Virus record (IMG/VR): IMGVR_UViG_3300028048_000059
Location: 32,001-96,000 of that record
DNA length: 64,000 bases
Origin: a virus
Lineage: Duplodnaviria; Caudoviricetes
Direction: 5' to 3' (one strand)
Shown here: in pieces, positions 58,069 to 64,000 of the stretch
Position numbering within the stretch: the first letter of the stretch is position 1
Layout: each line of letters opens with the position of its first letter
Translations under genes and position numbers: made by a program
The notes under the pieces: generated by a model
Told to the model about the DNA's origin: nothing
Seen by the model: only the letters and a program-made list of their open reading frames with translations
Database searches by the model: none

Positions 58069-59220
58069 CATTTATACCCTGACTTTAGTCATATTTTTCT
58101 AAAAGTTCTTGGAATTTATTATACTTTCTATCCATCCAGATTGTTGCATTATCATATAAATAATGATAAAATTTTATAACTTGCTGATTACCATCTAATC
58201 TCCAATACCAAGTATGCTCACGTCGTTCTTCTTTATAAACACGCCCCATTTTTATTACAGAATATATCCATTCTACAACCGGCTTTGTAGTTGTAAAACT
58301 AACGTTAAAACTTATATGGGTTGAATCCTTTCTCGGGCACCTGCAAAGCGCTCCATCTCCATCAAAGAATCCACGTAAGAAATGTCTGATTAGAGCTTCT
58401 GGAACATGTTTTGGTGGTTCTAGAATAAGAGTTTTTTGTTTAACACAACCTTTATCAATTAAATCATTTACAGTTTTTTGAGAACATAATACTAACTTAT
58501 GTAGTGTTTGTTTGCCATATCTATTTCCACTATAATCATATAGAATCGGATTCGTTGCTTTTAAACTCACTTTAAATTTTTCAATTACGTCAGCACTATC
58601 TTCAGCAACGGTAATTCCAAAATGATCTTGCCCATAATTATTTTCATTATTGACAATATAACCGTCAGCAAACATAAAGCCTAGCCAATAAGCTTTTTCT
58701 TCAGTATCAATTGTCTCAAAAAAATTTTCATCATGAAAATATTTTCTGTAATGATTACCTTTTGTTGTTTTAACCCCTATGCTTTCTAACCATTTACTTA
58801 TTCTTAATCTAGTATGATGGTATTTCTTTTCTAATTCTCGTAATGAGACATTATTTTTATAATCAGCAATTATATTTTGTTTTTCTTCTTCGGATAGTAA
58901 TTGTTCTAAGGTTTTTCCTGCCATACTATCACCTCCAATTCTAAGGTGATATAGATGGGTAGTGGTTCGTATAATTTCTTCCAAAAATTTTATCGGGATT
59001 AGACTATACCATCTTCTTATTTCTAAGAAGTCCTTATTATAGTCGTTGAACGTCTCTCCTGTGGGGAGATTTCGCTGCGTTTGGTTACCCAATCCTTTAT
59101 GATTTTACCATACCGAAGCCGTTACTCTTCGCCGCATTTATATTACTATAAATGTTTGGTTATAAAGGCTCTAAGGGAGTTCCCGCAATTTAAAGGATTT
59201 AAAGCGGACCTAGAAGGTTA
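58069..59220 (-). mobile_element. Group I intron 7 (gyrB) with LAGLIDADG ORF in L9
   Basis: P1 GCGGAT|…GTCCGC; AAATTGCGGGAAC; AACGCAGCGAAA; TTCAACGACTA; GGTATAGTCT; terminal G58069; restores TDAD-VDG. Confidence 0.92.
58085..58924 (-). CDS. Intron-encoded LAGLIDADG homing endonuclease with N-terminal HTH (start ATG 58924)
   Basis: AYWLGFMFADG and HFLRGFFDGDG motifs; GGAGGTG RBS. Confidence 0.9.
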   Translation of the reverse strand: MAGKTLEQLLSEEEKQNIIADYKNNVSLRELEKKYHHTRLRISKWLESIGVKTTKGNHYRKYFHDENFFETIDTEEKAYWLGFMFADGYIVNNENNYGQDHFGITVAEDSADVIEKFKVSLKATNPILYDYSGNRYGKQTLHKLVLCSQKTVNDLIDKGCVKQKTLILEPPKHVPEALIRHFLRGFFDGDGALCRCPRKDSTHISFNVSFTTTKPVVEWIYSVIKMGRVYKEERREHTWYWRLDGNQQVIKFYHYLYDNATIWMDRKYNKFQELLEKYD

Positions 59221-60693
59221 ATCCGCATCAGTGGCAATAGCAACTTTACCATAATTTAATTTTTTACTATTATATCTTTCTTGAATGCCGCATCCAAGTG
59301 CCATAATAATATCAGACACTTCTTGGTTTTCTAGGCACTCGTCAAGCGGATGCTTTAACAGATTTTTTACTTTACCTCTAACTGCATATAGGGCTTCATT
59401 CATTACATTTCGAGCAGGCATAAGGCCGCCAAGGGCTGAATTTCCCTCGCATATAATAAGCATAGAATCCTGTCCATGCTTTTCGCAATCTTTAAATTTA
59501 TCAGAAGAAGTGATTTTTTGCTTTTTATGTTCAACCTCTTTCTTTTCCATATTAAGAACCGCTTCTCTTGCTTTATCAGCGGCCTGCTCTGCTTTCTGTT
59601 CCTTTACTAGCATAGCAAGAATTTTTTCAAAATCAGCACGATTTTTAACAATCCAATCCTTAATTGCATCAGTAAACACAGTTTGTGTCATTCCACGCAA
59701 TTCTTGATTTTGAATTTTATCCTTAACCTGATTCTGGTATACCGGATGCGGATGCTTAATATTAATAATTGTGACAAGACCTTTACGAATCATATCACCA
59801 TCAAAGCTCTCTTTTACTTGATCATTGATAGTCCGCGTAAATGCGGCCTTCATACCAGAACTTGGAGTGCCGCCGCCACTATTTAAAGCGCCATTCGAAA
59901 AAACATAGCACTTTTCTTTTCCAGAAGTCCACTGCGCAAAAACTTCAATATCGATATCTCCATCAAAATGCTTATTAGCATAAATATAGTTTTTATGTAA
60001 TGGATTGCGAATTTTTGTCGCGGCGAAATCTCTTAGTCCGTTCTTTGATAAAAAGACTTCTACATTCTCCATATTATTATAAAGAACAAAGCTAACATTT
60101 GGAATAAAATAACTAGTTAATTCCAATTCTTCTTTGATACGTTTAAAATCGAATGCAGGAGTAGATTCATCAATGTGAAAAATTTTCTTATCTGGTTTAA
60201 AATAAATATGCGTGCCAGTTTCTTTCGTTGCGCGCTTACGAACGGCTTTTTTTGATTGCGGAATGCCATCTTTAAATTCCATATACCATTCAGCGCCATC
60301 TCTCATAGTCCATACTTTAAATTCTTCTGAACATACGCATACAGTAGAGGCGCCAACACCGTGCATTCCACGAACACGAGAATAGTTACTGCTTTCAAAT
60401 TTTCCCGATGAGTGAGCGGTTGTGTATAATTCAATAAGTACTTCTTCGCAATCTTTATTCGCTCCTCTTGGCACTCCCGCGCCATGATCAAAAATATCAA
60501 TTGCGTTATCTTGTACATTCACTTCAATACGGTCGCCGCGTCCCATGATGGCTTCATCGCATGAATTGTTAAGAATTTCAAGGAAACAATTAAAAACTGC
60601 ATCCTGTCCATCAGCACCGATATACATGCCCGGCGTCATGCGGGCCGCAGTCCGAAAGTCTCTTACTTGAATTGAATTTGCATCATAAGCCAC
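59221..60693 (-). CDS. gyrB: Type IIA topoisomerase subunit B, exon 1 (spliced 622 aa)
   Basis: PGMYIG, EILNNS.DE, GMHGVGA, ICEGNSA, RGKVKN, IATDAD. Confidence 0.93.
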
Positions 60694-60716
60694 ACTATCA
60701 ACCTCCTTATATTATT

Positions 60717-60745
60717 ATTATATCATAAATTAAAAAAAGAGTCAA
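60717..60745 (-). promoter_or_regulatory. sigmaA promoter for gyrB
   Basis: TTGACT-17-TATAAT with TG extension. Confidence 0.85.
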
Positions 60746-60759
60746 ATGTTTTGACTCTT
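60732..60759 (-). terminator. Intrinsic terminator overlapping the gyrB promoter -35
   Basis: AAGAGTCAAA-aca-TTTGACTCTT followed by TTTTT. Confidence 0.72.
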
Positions 60760-60787
60760 AAAATGAACATATTATTTCTCCTTTTTG

Positions 60788-61027
60788 TTAAACCCTATCG
60801 CCATAATTGTCGCCGTGACCGGCGTAATCAAACGATTTAAATTGCTTCCCCTTGTTCGCGATGATATAATCTGATGCTTCGCCCCTTGTTTTTCCTGTGA
60901 ATCGAGGAAGAGGAATAGCACCATTGATGCCTGCATCCTCTTGCATCTGCATAATATATGCTATTTGCTTTTCAGTCGGCGGTTTATTTCGCCAATTCAG
61001 TTCCACAGCGTTGCCTCCTCTATTCAC
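60788..61027 (-). CDS. Small hypothetical protein (PTEKQ..YI…TRGEASDYI)
   Basis: GGAGG RBS; motif common in phage small proteins. Confidence 0.7.
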   Translation of the reverse strand: MNRGGNAVELNWRNKPPTEKQIAYIMQMQEDAGINGAIPLPRFTGKTRGEASDYIIANKGKQFKSFDYAGHGDNYGDRV

Positions 61028-61361
61028 CCTTCGGTTTTAGTCCAAGCTTCTTGGCGATGTCGGCGGGGATTCTTGTTCGCCTCACGTACTCCTCTACTGA
61101 TTGCGGATTATGCGTTTTGCCATCTCGCATATCCGCGGTCATCCTTTCAGCCAGATACATTTCCCACGTTGGGTAAACCGGCTCTGGATGATCTTTCGCC
61201 CAATTTATAACTGTGTCTTCAATGGTTTTTATATTAAGGCTCGTACGGCTCTCAGGGTATTTCGCTCCACAATCCACATATATATCACATGAGGCACAAC
61301 CGTCATCATGCAGTTCGCACATTCTACTCCATTGCCGCATTACTTCTTGAAATTCAGCCAC
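61020..61361 (-). CDS. Cys-rich hypothetical protein (GTG start 61361)
   Basis: GGGAGG RBS; EFQEVMRQW.RMC…WAKDHPEP. Confidence 0.72.
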   Translation of the reverse strand: MAEFQEVMRQWSRMCELHDDGCASCDIYVDCGAKYPESRTSLNIKTIEDTVINWAKDHPEPVYPTWEMYLAERMTADMRDGKTHNPQSVEEYVRRTRIPADIAKKLGLKPKGE

Positions 61362-61366
61362 CCTGC

Positions 61367-61771
61367 TTACCTCCCGTACTGGTCGCGCAGCTCTTGCAGC
61401 AGCGAAATAATGTCGTTCTGACAATCGGCATATCCAGTCAGATAATCACTGAGTGCCCGCAGGTTCTTTCCTCTCGGCGGGTCAAACTGTCGGTTCACAA
61501 TCCGCTCGATAATTTGATCAAACCCAATCTTTGTTAGTCCTTCCATATTACTACGCATCCTTTCTACTGCAACGTCCGCGTGAACAGGCTCCGGATGTTC
61601 ATCTGCCCATTTCACTATCAGTTCTTCAAGCATCCGTATATCCGTGTCCGTTCGAACATCCGGGTTGAAACCACAATAAAAGCCTAGCGGGCATGAGCCG
61701 CAGCCGCCGTGACCATTTTGCGCTTTGCACATTCTGCGCCACTGCCGCATCACTCCCTGAAATTCATACAT
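61367..61771 (-). CDS. Cys-rich hypothetical protein, paralog of the downstream gene with a different C-terminal half
   Basis: AAGGAG RBS; EFQGVMRQW.RMC…WADEHPEP. Confidence 0.72.
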   Translation of the reverse strand: MYEFQGVMRQWRRMCKAQNGHGGCGSCPLGFYCGFNPDVRTDTDIRMLEELIVKWADEHPEPVHADVAVERMRSNMEGLTKIGFDQIIERIVNRQFDPPRGKNLRALSDYLTGYADCQNDIISLLQELRDQYGR

Positions 61772-62009
61772 TGTACTCGCGCTCCTTAATATCATCTCTA
61801 ATTATAGATGGCAAAATTTTCGATAAACATACTTCGACGAATTCATTGCTCATATGCTCTGCGTCCATATGTACTTTTCCGTCATCTTTCAATTCAATAT
61901 TAATGTCCCCGAATCCTATCGTAGGATCGCTCCATTCGATACAAAATCCTTTATAGTGAGGATTTTTAAATACCTGTACGTCATCAATTTCTAAATTTTC
62001 GTATTTCAT
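61764..62009 (-). CDS. Hypothetical protein
   Basis: IEWS…IGFG motif, operon-packed. Confidence 0.7.
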   Translation of the reverse strand: MKYENLEIDDVQVFKNPHYKGFCIEWSDPTIGFGDINIELKDDGKVHMDAEHMSNEFVEVCLSKILPSIIRDDIKEREYNV

Positions 62010-62011
62010 AA

Positions 62012-62413
62012 TTACTCCTTCGGCGGCATAAAAGCTTTCAATAGTATTAAAATTTGTGTATCTTGCACCGTATCAAGCAATGCTTCTCTACGTTCTTGCG
62101 GCAGAATAGCAAGCAGCGCGCCGCTTAATCTAACCGCAGAAGCTAAGTGCATAAAGTCTTTTGTTGCATTCATTGCGGCCGCCACACGTTCTTCTCCAAA
62201 CCATTTTGTAAAAAGCTGCTTCGTGTGTTCTTCTCCTTCTGTAATTGTTTGCTCATATTTTTCAATATAATTATTGCTATTGGTTCCATTAATATACTTA
62301 TCAAAAATATATTGAAGTAGAGCTTGACCAGAAGGTGATACGGTATACATGCCGTTTTTGATTTTTGCTTTAATCCACTGTTCTTTAATCCACTTTTTAA
62401 GTTGCGCGATCAT
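62012..62413 (-). CDS. Hypothetical protein
   Basis: Operon-packed ORF. Confidence 0.7.
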   Translation of the reverse strand: MIAQLKKWIKEQWIKAKIKNGMYTVSPSGQALLQYIFDKYINGTNSNNYIEKYEQTITEGEEHTKQLFTKWFGEERVAAAMNATKDFMHLASAVRLSGALLAILPQERREALLDTVQDTQILILLKAFMPPKE

Positions 62414-62783
62414 GTAGGATGCCCTCTTTCTTCATTTCTTGAATGATTTCAAAAATGGCGGCTGGCAGTAGATGAATTCGAATAATGCAATCAAGATATT
62501 GCATGAAATACGTACGATTGCGCTTGATATCTTCAATTTCAAGACCTAAATCATCGTATGCATCAAAAGCAAGTTCAATATTAGAACATACATATTCTGC
62601 CGCAGTTTGTGCATCTGTATAATAATCACCACCATTACCAGTAACGCTATCTACTGCCCAAACTTCATCAAATAGAAAATCTTCTAACTCATCATAATCA
62701 TCGAATTGATCTAAATCAACATCAACACTAATATAATCACGCACATCGTTTTTTAGTGCTTCTAAATAATCATATTTAATCAT
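62397..62783 (-). CDS. Acidic hypothetical protein (W..DSVTGN motif)
   Basis: Operon-packed ORF with GGAGG RBS. Confidence 0.7.
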   Translation of the reverse strand: MIKYDYLEALKNDVRDYISVDVDLDQFDDYDELEDFLFDEVWAVDSVTGNGGDYYTDAQTAAEYVCSNIELAFDAYDDLGLEIEDIKRNRTYFMQYLDCIIRIHLLPAAIFEIIQEMKKEGILHDRAT

Positions 62784-63060
62784 CTATGTCCTCCATTGTG
62801 GCGGAAAATCCTTTTACTGTGTAACCTGGAAAGCACCATTGAACAAATTTATTTACATCATGAACTACAATCGGTTCTTTTCCTTTACCAGAAAGTTCAT
62901 CATTAAAACCATAAATTTCAATATTATCATAACCGTAAGCATGCGCTTTTACGCGAAGCGATCGTGCATCGGTTGTAAAAACAGCATAATTATTATCAGA
63001 CGCAAACTTCAATAGTTCTTTGGTCTTGCCGCTACCTCGCGGCCCAATAATTGTTTTCAT
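62776..63060 (-). CDS. Minimal P-loop NTPase-like protein (94 aa)
   Basis: GPRGSGKT Walker A, IVVHD Walker B-like; ATGA coupling with the upstream gene. Confidence 0.7.
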   Translation of the reverse strand: MKTIIGPRGSGKTKELLKFASDNNYAVFTTDARSLRVKAHAYGYDNIEIYGFNDELSGKGKEPIVVHDVNKFVQWCFPGYTVKGFSATMEDIDD

Positions 63061-63605
63061 TGTGTTACTCCTAATTCTTGATAGTATACAATTAATTTCC
63101 AATTCCATGAGAGAGTTTCTTTATTAGCAATAAATTCATAAGAGGCGGCCGTACCATCGGAGACATCTTCATATCCAGCACCTTTGTCGCATTGCCATTG
63201 ATAATAGACCTCACAATTTTCAAAGCCAGTGAGTACAGAAGTTAGATAAATTGTATCGCCATAGGTAACAACTGGTCCGCGAGAAGAAGAGATTGTAACG
63301 GTTTTTTCAATTGGATGCAGCGTTATAGATGGTTCTTCCACAACAGGAAACGTTAGTTCTGGTTCTGGTTCTGGCTCTTGAATTACTACATAATTTTCAC
63401 TAAATGGCGGCGCCACTGATATCTCCGCATATGCGGAAAAAGTTGCTTCTTCAACAACGATTTCTGCTTCAATTTCAACTTCAAATTCTGTTGGTTCTTC
63501 TGTTGATTCAACTATAAAATCAATTTCATTTTCAATTAATTGTGGTTCCTCTGCCATGCTAGTGAGTGCTAACATGCAGGCAATAATGAATGGAATTTTC
63601 TTCAT
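63057..63605 (-). CDS. Secreted acidic protein with C-terminal Ig-like domain
   Basis: Signal peptide MKKIPFIIACMLALTSMA; E/P-rich linker; GDTIYL…YYQWQ…Y.F…W.L.V. Confidence 0.72.
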   Translation of the reverse strand: MKKIPFIIACMLALTSMAEEPQLIENEIDFIVESTEEPTEFEVEIEAEIVVEEATFSAYAEISVAPPFSENYVVIQEPEPEPELTFPVVEEPSITLHPIEKTVTISSSRGPVVTYGDTIYLTSVLTGFENCEVYYQWQCDKGAGYEDVSDGTAASYEFIANKETLSWNWKLIVYYQELGVTQ

Positions 63606-63624
63606 AAGTCTCTCCTTTTTCTTT

Positions 63625-63653
63625 ATTATAGCATGAATTTTAGTTGCTGTCAA
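63625..63653 (-). promoter_or_regulatory. sigmaA promoter
   Basis: TTGACA-17-TATAAT with TG extension. Confidence 0.87.
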
Positions 63654-63682
63654 GCTCTTTTTGCGCGAAGTGGAAACTCTTA

Positions 63683-63925
63683 TCAAAGACTACCATCTAT
63701 ATAAAATTTTTTAATTTCTTTTTTAGCTTTTTCATTCTTCATATACTTTAATCCATTTAACCATCCTTCTTTCACTGTCCACCAAGTATTTTTATTTTTA
63801 ATAATTAAACTTGCTAGGGGATCTCCGATCCACAGTCTCCAACTAACATTATATTGTCCAAGAACGGGCCCGCATCCTCCTTCATATTCATCTATTAAAA
63901 TACTATTAATTTTTTTTACAGTCAT
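63683..63925 (-). CDS. Hypothetical protein
   Basis: 80 aa ORF with a weak AGGA RBS. Confidence 0.55.
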   Translation of the reverse strand: MTVKKINSILIDEYEGGCGPVLGQYNVSWRLWIGDPLASLIIKNKNTWWTVKEGWLNGLKYMKNEKAKKEIKKFYIDGSL

Positions 63926-64000
63926 ACTATCAATTCCTATATATCTATCTTCATATATTAAAGAAAAATCTGGATATTTTTCTAAAAGTATTAAAAATTC

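Noticed and set aside
1735-59220. Truncated neck, tail tube, tape measure, nrdD, dnaE, dnaB and gyrB read as pseudogenes or as stop-codon recoding
   Set aside because: Each break carries a full group I core and splicing restores conserved motifs in frame. All three stop codons terminate normal genes elsewhere in the window.
39317-60693. Inteins in DnaE, DnaB, GyrA or GyrB
   Set aside because: No C/S…HN-C/S/T splice motifs were seen, and spliced lengths are normal.
1-64000. tRNA, rRNA, CRISPR array, integrase/att sites
   Set aside because: None recognised by eye. Intergenic gaps are short and explained by introns, promoters and terminators.

Overview
64 kb of a large, AT-rich (roughly one-third GC, by eye) tailed dsDNA phage of a Firmicutes/Clostridia-type anaerobic host, with SPbeta-like gene organisation. 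The plus strand (1-30239) is the late structural operon: end of the probable capsid gene, head-tail joining genes, two paralogous tail-tube genes, a giant tape measure protein (about 4520 aa after splicing), Dit and a 1985-aa Tal/receptor-binding protein. The minus strand (30267-64000) carries early and replication genes under near-consensus sigmaA promoters: RuvC-like resolvase, dUTPase, anaerobic ribonucleotide reductase module, DnaE, RecJ, primase, DnaB, AAA ATPase, SSB, type IIA topoisomerase A/B and small accessory ORFs. Seven group I introns could be delimited from P1/P7/P10 pairings and restored reading frames: in a neck gene, the tail tube, the tape measure, nrdD, dnaE, dnaB and gyrB. 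Five carry homing endonucleases, one a relic and one none. Most notable: (1) the tape-measure intron appears to end in A rather than the near-universal omega-G and holds its own promoter-HNH-terminator unit; (2) a redoxin-type class III RNR is encoded with a glutaredoxin/NrdH and a ferredoxin:thioredoxin-reductase-like protein; (3) GCGGCCGC and GGCCGC are strongly enriched, independent of reading frame. All calls are by eye, without database searches.
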